Shown piece after piece: positions 51,401-64,000 of a stretch of DNA of 64,000 bases (positions are counted from its first letter, which is position 1; each line of letters opens with the position of its first letter). The position numbers and the translations under genes are program-made. The notes below the pieces were generated by a model. It was not told where the DNA came from, did not search any database, and saw only the letters and a list, made by a program, of their open reading frames with translations. Origin of the DNA: Okamejei kenojei (lineage: Eukaryota); NCBI GenBank assembly GCA_035221665.1, contig CM069135.1, positions 61,442,001 through 61,506,000 of the forward strand, written 5' to 3'.

Positions 51401-54400
51401 ATCTTCAACTGCATGTCACTAATTAATGGACCTCTCTTTCCAAATCTTTCTATTATGTTCTCCCTTTTAATGCTATTTTTATTTAAACACACTAATCAAG
51501 CTTCCGTTATCTCTTCTAATTTTTCATTTTAGGGCTTGGTTTGATTTATATAATTCTGTTTCTGTAACCATAGGATGTTTTATTAAAGAAATGCCAGGAG
51601 CTGCATTGTGCGTTTTAACAACATCTAGCATTGAAATGATGTTGAGGCTTCTGTGTCATTGTAACTTTTTTTGTAACAAATTCTGCTCGAAACTGCTTTC
51701 TGCAGTCTATTCTTACCTAGGGCTTAAAATTGTACATGTTTAATTACAGGGTCTTTTGAGTCACTACCACCTTTCTTTAACTGTTAACTTCTCTCCAGGC
51801 TTAACTTTGAAGGCTGTAGAACTTGTATTGGATTTTGCTTTCAACTCACTTATAAACTGTGCAATGAAGAGATTCTTTTGTATTTTCGTGTATATTGCCT
51901 TCTGAGCCAAACAGTAGTGCTGAAGATGAAACGTTGGCAAATATGTTCATTGGACATTACATTTTTCAAGAGTGTTTGAGCGTAATGTGAATTATCATGT
52001 AATTTTCAATTAAATTCTCGCTGCACGCAGCAACATTGTATTATCAGTTTGCTAGGTAAACAGACATGTTTCAGGTCACAATAATGTAACCTGAAACATG
52101 TAATCTAACCTATAAAAAAACCTATAACAGTTGTAGCTGAGGTGGGGTTGTGTTTAGGGTTTTGCAATGTGTTTCAAGAGCCTGATGATTGATGAGAAGA
52201 AACTATTCTTGGAACCTGGCGGTAGCGGTTCTGAAATTAATTTGGAACCTCAATGCATGTTTAGTCATGTATGTTGTGACAGGCCTTTATCTGAAGAAGG
52301 GTTTCGGCCCGAAATGCTACCTATCCCCTTCGCTCCATAGATGCTGCTGCACCCGCTGAGTTTCTCCAGCATTTTGTGTACCCTCGATTTTCCAGCATCT
52401 GCAGTTCCTTCTTTAACCCTCTATCCTACTTTGTTCATTTACTATGGTGGCATTATTAGTACAGAACCCAATTGTTTTTCATGATATCTTTTGAAGTTTT
52501 GTTAGCATTTTCTAGGGCTAAGAATATTGGTTGATTTTATTTTTGATGCAAATCCTTTTACAATAACCTGATCAATTCTATTTTACTGATTTGAAACTTG
52601 GATATTTCTGATTGGTTCCTCTCCTACGCCTTTGACTGCACTATTTCTTATAGTTGATTGATACTGAAGTGCCATTGGCATTGATTCGATTGTTGTTGAT
52701 AATGGGTTATTGCATGCGAGAAAGTCTTTTGATTTATCTCTTTTAAGATAACTTGCATTCAGAGGAAAAATTGCATAAAGCATGATGGCTTCATGCTTTC
52801 CTTACTTTGAATGTTGAAATGTGACCTGTCTCTTCATGCACACCCTTTTAATGCTTGTTTCAACATTTCCGTTGGAGAAGGTGTTGGCTTCTTTTATCAA
52901 TATGGGAGTTTGTAACAGATTATTTGAGTGTTCTGTATTTTGAGTCTTGTTACTTGATGCACATTGATTTCAGCAATATATCTGTTTCTCATGTACTGGA
53001 ACATGGATCCTGAATTAATTTTGGTCCTTGCAGTAAATGCTATACTTTTTTTTTTGCATCTCAAGTTTAGGCGCTTTCCTATTTTTTCAACACAATGTGG
53101 AACGATGGCCATGTTTTCATTTCTGACCAATGCGTTTATCACGGCTTTGGCAATTCCTGGTTTCACACTTTCTTTGTGGAAAGCGGAAAATACATTAATC
53201 TTCATTGAGATAATTACCTAATGTACAAGCTTTTTGTTTTATGAGACACTTCAATACACAAACCAGGGCATTTCAAACACTGCATGTATTTCAGATGTAG
53301 AATCATATTAATTTCTTCGTCCCAAGCAGTCAGCAGGTACTGGTTAACTTTACTCTAGTTTTTGTTTTTGCAGCCTTTGACTACATTGGTGCTAATTTCT
53401 GTAACTCGAACCCTTTGCACCCTTTGCTGATGAAACGTCAGATGTATGTTTTTGGGGATGCTTGCCTTCTAATGCATGTCATTTTATTTCTCTTGAAATA
53501 GAGGACTTTTGAAGCTAATAATATTATGTAAATACAAATCGTTGTATAAACTTGATTTGATAAGAGTGGGTCCATTGAGAAGGTCATGTTAACAATATTG
53601 TTAAATTCCCAAATGAAAAATATGTCAGTTTGCTTATTGAGATAATGTGATGTCATATTCAAGGTTAAGAAGATAGCAGATTATGTGAGGAAAGAATGAA
53701 TGATCAAGTTTTTTTATTTTCATAAATCTTGGTGTAAAATACAATACAACACAAGGGGGAAGCATGTTTAACGTATTTTCAGACTAATCTGCTTGAGACA
53801 ACGTGCCTATTAACTGATCTGCTTCCTTTTAAAGTTGCATATATTTTTCATTCATTGGATGTAATGCCTATTTGATTGTCCTAAACACTCTTTTTTCTTT
53901 AGGATTGCTTCTTTAAAAAAGGGAGCCATGCTTGTGCAGCCTTTTCTGTGTATAATCCATGATATCTCATTCACATGCAAATCATACATCAATTTTAGGT
54001 CTCGGTTTGATTCCCCTTGTCATAGTGGTCTTTGAAGCTCCCAGTGGTATCTTTTTTTCTGTTTACGTGATCCTTGTAACCTTTTTGTGTTAATCTATCA
54101 TTTAGTGTTTTACTGTTGCAAAGTCATCCATAATTTTGTTTTCATTTCCATTGGCGCTTGTGATTGAGAAAGGTTATGACTAAAACCTGAATATGAAAGA
54201 GAATGATTGGATTGGTGCTACAGAACATATCTAGAGGTTGCAGTAAGATTAACCAGTAGTCAATATAGGTTTTTGCATTTCAGAATTGGTAACTGATCCA
54301 AAATTAGTTAGCAAATCACTAGGAACTTGTTTTCATTGTATCAGTTATAGATTTGCCTTTGACTTTCAGGATGGAGCTATAATGTTAGTTGCCAAGAAGT

Positions 54401-54600
54401 AGATTCGTTTAGGACATACATTTGACAGAGGGGGGGTCAAAGAATTTGCAGGATTTCCCAATAGTGTTACATTAAATGCATATGAGTCACTGAACAAATC
54501 TGTATCATGAAAGTGAACCATATAACAAACCTAAAACTGCATTTAATGCTTTTGGCTTGGTGCAACTTGCAACCATGGCTTATTTGTTGAATTTGCTTTA

Positions 54601-57006
54601 AACCCCTGTCTCACTGTGCGAGTTGGCCCACGAGTGACCCCGAGTTTTCACTCGTGGTGATCACGTAGCGGGAACGTCGGAACTCGCACGAGCAACTTAT
54701 CGACTCGTGGCGCTAACGGCAGGTACTCGGGAAACTTGTTAACTCGTGAAAAAAATCAAACATGTTTGATTTTTTCCACGAGTCAAATTAACTGTTCAAG
54801 TTAAAAATGGAAACATTTAAACTCGTTGTAATAACGTAGTGGCCCGTGCGTTTATCTTAGTGTCTCGTGAGTCTACCGTGGGAACTTTAATAATCTGTTC
54901 TTTTGTTCGAGTAAAGACTGAACCAAAGATAGACACAAAATGCTGGAGTAACTCAGCGGACCAGGCAGCATCTCTGGAGAGAAGGAATGGAGTCGAGACC
55001 CTTCTTCAAACTTACCCGAAATGCCACCCATTCCTTCTCTCCAGAGATGCGGCCTGTCCTGCTGAGTTACTCCAGCATTTTGTGTCTATCTTCGGCCTTT
55101 CTGCGATGATCTGCCACTTGTCCTTTATTACTGAGGCGCCTGCCCCGTGGCTTCGTATTCGTCACTCTGTCTCATGAGGACGCGGTTAAAGACCTGCCGA
55201 AGGGGCAAGTCTGGGGTGGTGGGTGGGATGTGTCCACGTGTGATGCTCCATCCACCCCCCGGGGCCGAGAGTGTGGGATTGGGAAGGACCTGCAGATGCT
55301 GGTTTACATCGAAGATAGACACACACAATGCTGGAGTAACTCCGAGGGACAGGCAGCATCTCTGGAGAGATGGGATGGGTGAGATTTCGGGTCGAGACCT
55401 TACTTCAGACTTCTCCAGAGATCCCGCTGAGTTTACTCCAGTAGTTGGTGTCTATCCCGGTGGCGGGGAGCCGGGCTTGGCCGACCCGCCGCCTCTACTT
55501 GCTGGTCAGTCCGGTGATCATCGCCCTCCACCCCCGGGATGCAGCGGAGGTTTGCACCCGGTGAGTTGTCCAGCGCTCACGGTGGACGAGGGAGGACAGC
55601 AATAGGCCAGGTGAATGAATAGCAGCACATAAATGAGTCGACCTTTAATATTTCTTGATTTTATGTTTTAATTTACAAGCTGCTTCAAGCGAGGCAAGTT
55701 TTATTTTCAGTCCGAAGAAGGGTCTCGACCCGAAACGTCACCCATTCAACGATAGACACAAAAAAGCTGGAGAAACTCAGAGGGTCAGGCAGCAACTCTG
55801 GAGAGAAGGAATAGGTGACTTTTCGGGTCGAGATCCTTCTTCAGAAGACGAGCCCTTATCCAAAACATCACCTTCTCCAGAGATGTTACCTGGCCCGCGT
55901 TGTTACTCCAGCTTGTTGTGTCTGCCTTCCGTCCAAAGCCTTGGGATCGTCGCCAACATGAAGACGGTGCGAAGCCCCCGCGCCCGGTGCAATGGACGGG
56001 GAGCTGGAGAGGGGAGGGAAGGGGTCACACACATGGCCGGGGAAGCAGAGGGGGGGGGGGGGGGGGTTGGTGACACTCAGGGCCAACAATGAGATGGAGA
56101 AATACAGAAACACCGATGTGCAAAGGAGACCTACAATAGCGCATGATCTCTCTCGCGTTATGGCAGGTGATTGTCGCCTGTCCGCTGTTTCTGCCCCTAA
56201 AGCCTTGGGATCGTTGCCCTTTGTGTTGGCGTGAAGGGGGAGGGGGCTATTGTGCTGCTTGATTGCCCCCTGCTATCATAAGGACAGGGAGACACAGCGG
56301 CTTTTGAGACTGGTGGGCAATCACTACCAAAGTGTCTGCCTGCAGTCAGCACACCTCTCCTACACATGTCTCCCGCACTAAGACCATCCCGCAGAGAATT
56401 ATCCCAGCACCCAAGAGCCTTGTCTGTCACCCCCCACCCCCAATCACCCTCCACCTCAACTTACGCCTGGGCACCAAAGCAGCTCAGGAGGCGAATCCTG
56501 AGCTCCGTCTCCCAACAATCTGATGTGCAACTGATGTGAAAGAACAGCGGCTGCGGCCGGCACGGACTTCTCACACCCTCACACACTTACCTTCATTCAC
56601 AGTTGGCTCAAGAGTAACGGGAGAGGAACTTGGTAACTCGGGAGAGGAACTTGGAACATCGCAGCAATGACATACCCGTGGGAACTCGGTTCAACACTTG
56701 ATCATAAACTTGAAATCTCGTACATAACCACGAGTCTGTTTTTTTTCTTTCACTTGGGGTCACTCGTGGGATGACTCGCACCGTGAGACAGGGCCATTAC
56801 CTTCATTCACAGTTGGCTCAAGAGTAACGGGAGAGGAACTTGGTAACTCGGGAGAGGAACTTGGAACATCGCAGCAATGACATACCCGTGGGAACTCGGT
56901 TCAACACTTGATCATAAACTTGAAATCTCGTACATAACCACAAGTCTGTTTTTTTTCTTTCACTTGGGGTCACTCGTGGGATGACTCGCACCGTGAGACA
57001 GGGCCA
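54601..57006. mobile_element. PIF/Harbinger-like non-autonomous element with a duplicated right end
   Basis: ~45-bp imperfect TIRs (CCCTGTCTCAC.GTGCGAGT...CCCACGAGTGACCCC) flanked by TTA on both sides. Confidence 0.7.
56587..57006. repeat. 210-bp tandem duplication
   Basis: 56587-56796 versus 56797-57006, one substitution seen. Confidence 0.95.
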
Positions 57007-58019
57007 TTAGGTTGCTGATTCGAGCTGAGTGTAGTCTTAAGTGTTGTGAAGAATTCAAGGCGTGGGCTCAAGCAAAATTTAGGAGGTTGTTGAAATTTTG
57101 CAAATTAAGCTTTCTGCAGGCTCACTTCCCTTTGAGAATATTTCCTCAAGTGAGAAAAGAGCCTGAAGTTGACCAGTAATCTTGAGGCAAATATTCTATA
57201 AATACACAATTAAACAAATGGTGCTGGTTTGATTGTTATTTGTTGAGAACTTGTAGAAGAAGTTTTGAAATACTTGTCTACAAATTAGGTGGTTTGGTGA
57301 TTGGTTGATTCATCAGATCTGATGTAAAGTCACTGACCTCAAATGCTAACTCTAGATTTTTACTCTACATTATTGAACTTTATTGCCTTCCATCACAATG
57401 AGGAATGTGGAATCCACTGTGGTGGATGTTTATGTTAACTGTTATGTGGTTGTGTGTCTTGTTGCTTTTCACTTAGTATGGTGTATGGTAACTCCAATTT
57501 CACTGTACCTTAATTGGTACATGTGACAATAAACTGACCTTGAAACCTTGAATACTTCCAGATATTTTTCATGTTATTTCCATTTTCCACCATTTGCAGT
57601 ATTTTGTTTTTGTGGTATTTGAGTAATTGTTCACTAGAAGACATTTCCATCAGTGTTGTGGTATTGCCAGATCTCTTTCTTTCTCCTCTTGTAAAACACA
57701 GTGCTGGAGGAATGCAGCAAGCCAGGCAGCATGCGTTAAGGGAATGGATGGAATGCTGCATTACTGAGTGCTGAGTTACTCCAGCACTTTGTTTTGCTCA
57801 CGATTTCAGCATCTGCAGATCTTTGTGTCTCCATTCTTCCTCTTTTCATTTGTTGTGGTCCTTCCTGATTTCTTCCTCTTTTTGAATTATACATACATCA
57901 GCAACCTTTCACCTGTTGCTATCTCCCGGTGCTGAAAATAAATTGTCTCCAGATCTACCACTCATATCCTTTGTCAACACCTTTATTATTCTAGAATTCC
58001 ATGCCCATGTTATTCCTAT

Positions 58020-58397
58020 TCAACTCCCCCTCCCATTTCCAATCTGACCTTTCTGTCCTGGGCCTCCTCCATTGTCAGAGTGAGGCCCAGCGCAAATTGT
58101 AGGAACAGCACCTCATATTTCGCTTGGTTAGTTTGCACCCCAACGGTATGAACGATGACTTCTCTAACGTCAGGTAGCCTTTGCTTTCTCTCTCAATCCC
58201 TGCCCCCTTCCCAATTCTCCCACGAGTCTTACTGTCCCCACCTACATTCTTTCCTTGTCCTACCCCCTGACATCAGTCTGAAGAAGGGTCCGAAACATCT
58301 CCAACTCCTTCTCTCCATAGATGCGGCCTCACCCGCTGAGTTACTCCAGCATTTTGTGTCTACCTTTGATTTAACAGCATCTGCAGTTCTTTCTTAA
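58020..58397 (+). mobile_element. Penelope 3' fragment
   Basis: Homologous to 36590-37068 (LSVLGLLHCQSEAQRKL*EQHLIFRL). Confidence 0.8.
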
Positions 58398-58549
58398 ACA
58401 TTTATTCCTATTCCTTATTCCCATGTACATTCTCAAAATATCATGTGCACATTGACACAACAAAGGGCAACATTAACTGCATTCAACTTGCAAATCATGG
58501 GTATATGTGGCATGATTCAATCCAGGAATACGTCTAGAGAGCTCCTATC

Positions 58550-58642
58550 AGTCTGAAGAAGGGTCTCGATCCGAAACGTCACCCATTACTTCTCTCCAGA
58601 GATGCTGCCTGTCCGGCTGAGTTACTCCAGCATTTTGTGTCT
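58550..58642 (+). mobile_element. Short Penelope pLTR-derived repeat with a hammerhead motif
   Basis: CTGAAGAAGGGTCTCGATCCGAAACGTC core. Confidence 0.7.
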
Positions 58643-58705
58643 AGCTACGTCCTATGATAGTTTGTAATAATAGATTGAATGTGCAATGTTATTTCCAGAA
58701 TAATA

Positions 58706-58990
58706 GTTTAGTTTAGAGATACAGTGCGGAAACAGACCCTTCGGCCAACTGAATCTGCACCGACCAGCGATCCACACACATTAACACTACCCTACACACA
58801 CTAGGGACAATTTACACATACACCAAGCCAATTAACCTACATACCTGTACGTCTTTGGAGTGTGGGAGGAAACAAAAGATCTCGGAGAAACCCCACGCGG
58901 TCATGGGCAGAACGTATAAACTCCATACAAACAGCACCCGTAGACAGGCCCATAAGGCAGCAACTCTACAACTGCGCCACCGTGGCCGCC
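58706..58990 (-). mobile_element. HE1-like SINE
   Basis: Same family as 26883. Confidence 0.78.
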
Positions 58991-61949
58991 CTAGACAGTG
59001 AGTTAGTTTCAGTGTGATATTAAGATTCACTTTGATGTCTCCATTTATTTTACAAGAGAACATTCAACCTTTTGGGTCTACCCTTCAAATCCTATTTATC
59101 TAGCTATGGATTGAGTCTGAATCTGCCCTGCAGTGCAAATACCATCAGTGCAGCAAATAAATAGTATTATTACTGACATGTGAAAATTAACGACCAGGAA
59201 ATACTTGGGTTTTATCCTTTATCAGTTAGTTGGAGAAGAAATGAAAAGCCAAGTTCAATTAAAAAGCGGCTTTCAGGTGGCGGCGGCAGCGACTTCGGAG
59301 GCCCGGCCGCGGGCCCAGTGGACGACATCGTCGGGAGCTCGCAGGTCACAGGCCGCTGGACTGGAGTGCGGCAGCTTCGACCGCCCCGGGCCGTGGAGTT
59401 GAACCGGCCCGCTCGCGGAGCGCGGTTCACCCACGGGACTTATTTACATCACCCGGTGCGGTCACAACATGAGCGCAGAGGAAGAAGGGAAGAGACAAAG
59501 ACAAGATTTTTGCCTTCCACCACAGCGAGGAGGTGTCTGGTGAACTCACTGTGGTGGATGTTAAATATGTGTTTATTGTGTGTTTTTGTTATTTACTATA
59601 TGTATGACTGCAGGCAACGAAATTTCGTTCAGACCGCAGGGTCTGAATGACAATAAAGTTTTCCAAGTTCCTAAATGCAGGACATTTTTACACTCCAAAG
59701 TAAGCAAGTAGTTGCACAGCATATTTTGTTACAATCCTGTGTCATGTCATATGTAGGTCGTGTCAACAAAGTTTATTCTTGTATATAAATGCTGAAAGGG
59801 TTTGTTAGTATTACTGCAATTAGTTTTAATTACAGTAATTAAGTGAATTGGGGTTGCACATTATATTCCAGTGACAAACACTGTTACTGTGGTAAACAAT
59901 ATACATTGCAAGGGTCTCAACCCAAAACATCACCTATCCATGTTCTCCAGTGAAACTGCCTGACCTGGTGCGTTACCCCAGCATTTTGTGTCTTTCCTTG
60001 GTAAACCAGCATCTGTAGTTCCTTGTTTCTACACATTGTATTGGTTTTTTTAAGGCATTAATTTTTTTTTTCTCTCGTGTAGAATAGCAGTGACTTCTGT
60101 ACATTTTGTGTTGTGTACATTCTTTACATTGTGAATATGAAATGAAATGTTCAAGGCCTTTGTCAAGGAGTACAAATACCCAAGATATTTATCTATGATA
60201 TTAACGGGTTAATTATTCTATTATTTTATTTTCTTGTTTCTGATCGTTTTTTTTTCCTTTCAGATCTTAAATTTAGGAGAAATTATATTGGTGATGAATC
60301 ACTTGGACAAACGGTAAAAATGAAACTGGTTTTGTTTTACTTTAAACTCGTTCTATTCAATATTTTATTTAAATGATATAATAAAAATAAAACCATTGAC
60401 AATAAAAGGTGTTCGAACTCTGTTTTAATTGCTCTAGAATCTTGCATTTAATGATCCTTCAGAAAAGGGGTACTAGTCAGATAAATTTTTAGAGGTTTCA
60501 AATACAGCCACACATACTGAGATTACTAATTGTATTGATCCATTTGTAATAGAGGTGTTTAAAATGTTTGTGTATCAAGTATGCAATTTGCATCAGTAAA
60601 AGTCCTCTCCAGTTAGCTCCAGTAGTGTACATTACAAACTAACCTAGCTTTTGTAAAGGACTGGAGGGTTGGCACTTGAAATAATATATTGCCACAGCTA
60701 CATATCCTTCACATGGTTTCAATGAGGTGGCATATGCATAGAGAATGCCTGGCTGCATTTCCCAGTAGGTTCCTTTTAACGGATGTTTGAGGATCCTTTT
60801 GTTCTATGGAAGTTGCATAAGCCGGTCACTGTGCCAAATGAGTATTGTGTTTTCCTGGGGGTGCAAACAAAGTAGGAATTAGCTAGTTGGTTCTTGGTAA
60901 ATATCATGCTAATTCTTGCCTATGGTTATGTTTTTTTTAGTCCAGAAGATTAAGGGTTGCTCAAATTGAAGTACTAAAGATGATTAAAGAATTTGATAGA
61001 ATATATAGAGTAAAATAATTTCCTTTATGCAAAGAACAGAGCAAGAGAATGTAGTTTAATGACGGGTTACTCAATTAACAGCCAAACCAAGGCCACGAGA
61101 GTGAATCTCAACATGACGGCTGGCGAATTTAAGTTAAAATAATTATTTGGTGGCATTAAAAGCTGGTTTGTACTAGAAACCGTGAAACTACCAGATTATT
61201 TAAAAAAAAAAATCATCTGGTTTACTAATGTGGCAGTTTACTCGAGAATTGAATCTGCCACTTTTATTTGGGTTGAGACACTTATGATCCAATTGCACAA
61301 ATGTAGTAGGAAACTACATATTGTAGTTGAAGGGTCACGACCCAAAACTTCACCTATGCATGCCAGAGATGCTGCCCTACCTGCAGAGTTACCCCAGCAC
61401 TTTATGTTTGTTTTTGCACAAATATAGTTTTTCCTGGCTATTTAGTGTTTTTAGAGCATATTGTGATTCCATTTTTTTCTGAATTTGTGGGTAATTGAGA
61501 AGTGGAACAAAGTTGCTTGAATTATTTAAAAATAATATGCTTTGAGATTAGGTTGGTGATATACTGGGAGAATTATCCTTCAGGGCATTGAACTTCCTTA
61601 AACCTCTCTTGGTCGTGTTATTCTAGAGTCTAGCAATCCAGTCATTAGCTTCTGACTGGATTGCTGGTACGCAGCATATAGCTCCCAACATTTTAGTCTC
61701 TACATTTACAGTGGCACCGCTAGAAGTTAAATGTCTGATCGGGACATGGTCCATTTCCTTATTCAATAAATTTGTTGTTAAATTGGCCTCTGTAAATTGT
61801 GGGGAATGAATGCAAAAGTGAAATAACATAGAACTGGTGGGAACCGGTTGGCGTGGACTTGGTGGACCAAAAGGCCTGTTTCCATGCTATATGTATCAAT
61901 CAACTTTTTTGTTACTTTGTCGATGTTGTAGAAACAGAACTATTTTTAT

Positions 61950-62240
61950 AACAGTTTAAGAATAAAGGGTAGGCCAGTTAGGACTGTGATGAGGACAAAC
62001 TTTCTTCACGCAGAGAGTTGTGAATCTTTGGAATTCTCTGCCACAGAAGGTAGTGGAGGCCAATTCACTGGATGTTTTCAAGAGAGAGTTACATTTAGCT
62101 CTTGGGGCTAGCAAAATCAAGTGATATGGGGAAAAAACAGAAAAGAGGTACTGATTTTAGATGAACAGCCATGATCATATTGAATGGCAGTGCTGGCTCA
62201 AAGGGCCGAAAGGCCAATTCCTGCACTTATGTTCGATGTT
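61950..62240 (+). mobile_element. CR1 3' fragment
   Basis: Homologous to 28730-29015. Confidence 0.75.
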
Positions 62241-64000
62241 TCTACACCCTCCCACCACTCGGTTGCTCCATTCCCTCGCTGGGTACCCCCAAGGCCAGTC
62301 ATCAGTGATCGCTCAGCCCTCCCACTTTCAAATACGATCCACGGCCCCTGGTTCAGACGGAGAACACCGCCAGATGTAAGCGGGAACTGAGGCCAGTTGT
62401 CCATGATGTCTAGATCCCAATGCTCAGCGCTTCGTGTTTTGGAGTTGCCTAATGTTATTGATTTGTAATTAGCCTGATTTGTAATTAATTGACAAAACCT
62501 TAATTTATTAATCCGGAATATCCAGGGGGATGGGATAAGTGTAATATTAAAATGACATGCAAGGTGTCAGGCTGTCTGTCACAACACACCGCCCCGATAA
62601 CCCATTATTTCCTTCAGTTAAATATTGGGAAGGTAGCACTATTGTCATTTGCCACCCAACTATTATGTTTCTTTACCTCACTGACTATTTCTAAACCCCC
62701 CCCCCCCCCCCCCCCCAAATTCCTTTGACAGGTCGAATAGGAATGTCCCCAATCTTGTTTTATTAATTGAACACGTAGATGAACATCCGCAAGGAGTGTA
62801 ATCAGATGGAAACTGATTCAGATGCGATGTTTAAGAGCTTGTTCAAAGAAGGGGCATATTTTAAAGGAGTGACAGAGATACTTGTAGGGGAATGTGTGAG
62901 GAGGTTATTATTTGTCTTTAGTTTTAGCTTGAACCAGGACATCTGAAGATTCAAAGTTTAATATAGTGATTGGGCTAATACTGACTCCAACCAACCACAT
63001 AATGAATATCATCCATTCTGGAGGTTTTATTTTTCTGATGCCATTTAAACTTCACTTCAATTTCAATCACTTCAATGTAAAAGTAATTGGGAATGGGGAG
63101 CATTGGAACAAAAATCTGCCCTTGGTACATATTAACTGTAATATAATAAGGTAGGCATGTTGGTAGGTGCAATCAAACAAAGATCTTTTTATCATTGTTG
63201 TGTTATGAATACCACAGGAAATATTATGTATTCTCAAGATCACATTTAATTGAATAATATTGCTTAAATATATAGTTATTGGACTTTGCATTTCGGAAAA
63301 GTCCCAGCTGAGAGGAAGACAACAAAATACTGAAAATATTGGGGGTGAAAATGACTTCAGGACAGTTTGTTAGGAAAATGAAGGAAATTGTAACAGAATA
63401 CATGCAGCTGAGTGAGTATAATTTTGTGGACAAGAAACTGTGTTCAACCAATTGATGAATTCTTTGACAAAGTAACTAGCATGTTAGATGACAAAGAAGC
63501 CAATGGATGTAGTAAATTCTGTTATACAAAATGTTGTCTGTGAAGTGCCCCATAAAAAGATTACTGCATTAGAAAGCACCTATGGACTTAATAGGTGCTT
63601 AACGTAATAGGTTAAGTCCAGGGGTCAGATATGGGGCTTAATGCGTGGGCCAGATATATTGTCAGTGCAGAGGGGTTAGGAGCAAGGCCAAGTGTGCAGC
63701 CAGAGTCAAGGCCTGGAATAGTACTAGGTGCGCAGTCAAAGCTGGGACAATGGGAGTGTTCAGCACTGGGAACCTAAGCAGGTAAGCAGCTATAATCAGG
63801 GTAGAGTAGGGGGCCAGGTGTAAGGCTGGACTCGGGGTCAGGAATGAGAGAAGGTATGCAACTGGAGTCCGGGTCAGGAGTAGTACCAGGTGTGCAGTGA
63901 CTCAGGTTGGTCAACGTGGTCCAAGTGTTTAATTATAATCTGATTTCCATACATGAATATACTAAGATCATTCATGTGCTGTTGATCAGAGCCTGGCTCT

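Noticed and set aside
60245-60320. Strong splice acceptor as possible XKR6 exon 2
   Set aside because: In the required phase it reads R-S-stop rather than the expected RYIRTMYLG; exon 2 was not found in the window.

Overview
Repeat-rich vertebrate genomic DNA, probably from a cartilaginous fish such as a skate or ray (inferred from HE1-like SINEs and the CR1/Penelope repertoire). Host genes: a complete three-coding-exon RGM/hemojuvelin-like gene (+, 23873-30946, ~398 aa) in which the conserved GDPH autocleavage site reads GNLH, and exon 1 of XKR6 (+, 47867-48420) behind a GC-box array, followed by intron 1. The most striking structure is an 11.3-kb defective class I (gamma/epsilon-like) endogenous retrovirus on the minus strand (1835-13176). 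It has paired LTRs, a CTCC target-site duplication, a tRNA-Ser-like PBS, a PPT and gag/pol/env remnants. Most of its env region is replaced by intronless fragments of at least three host mRNAs (CRACR2/RAB44-like, ZNF276, THBS1/2-like). The ZNF276 copy is circularly permuted and sits inside the CRACR2-like sequence at a microhomology, and a full-length CR1 LINE later inserted into this cargo. Other elements: a BEL/Pao remnant, a nearly intact Tc1, a degraded Tc1, a composite Helitron, a Penelope (Neptune-like) element with hammerhead ribozyme motifs, a Harbinger-like element, many SINE/LINE fragments and one assembly gap. All homology calls come from by-eye translation and recalled sequences, not database searches.
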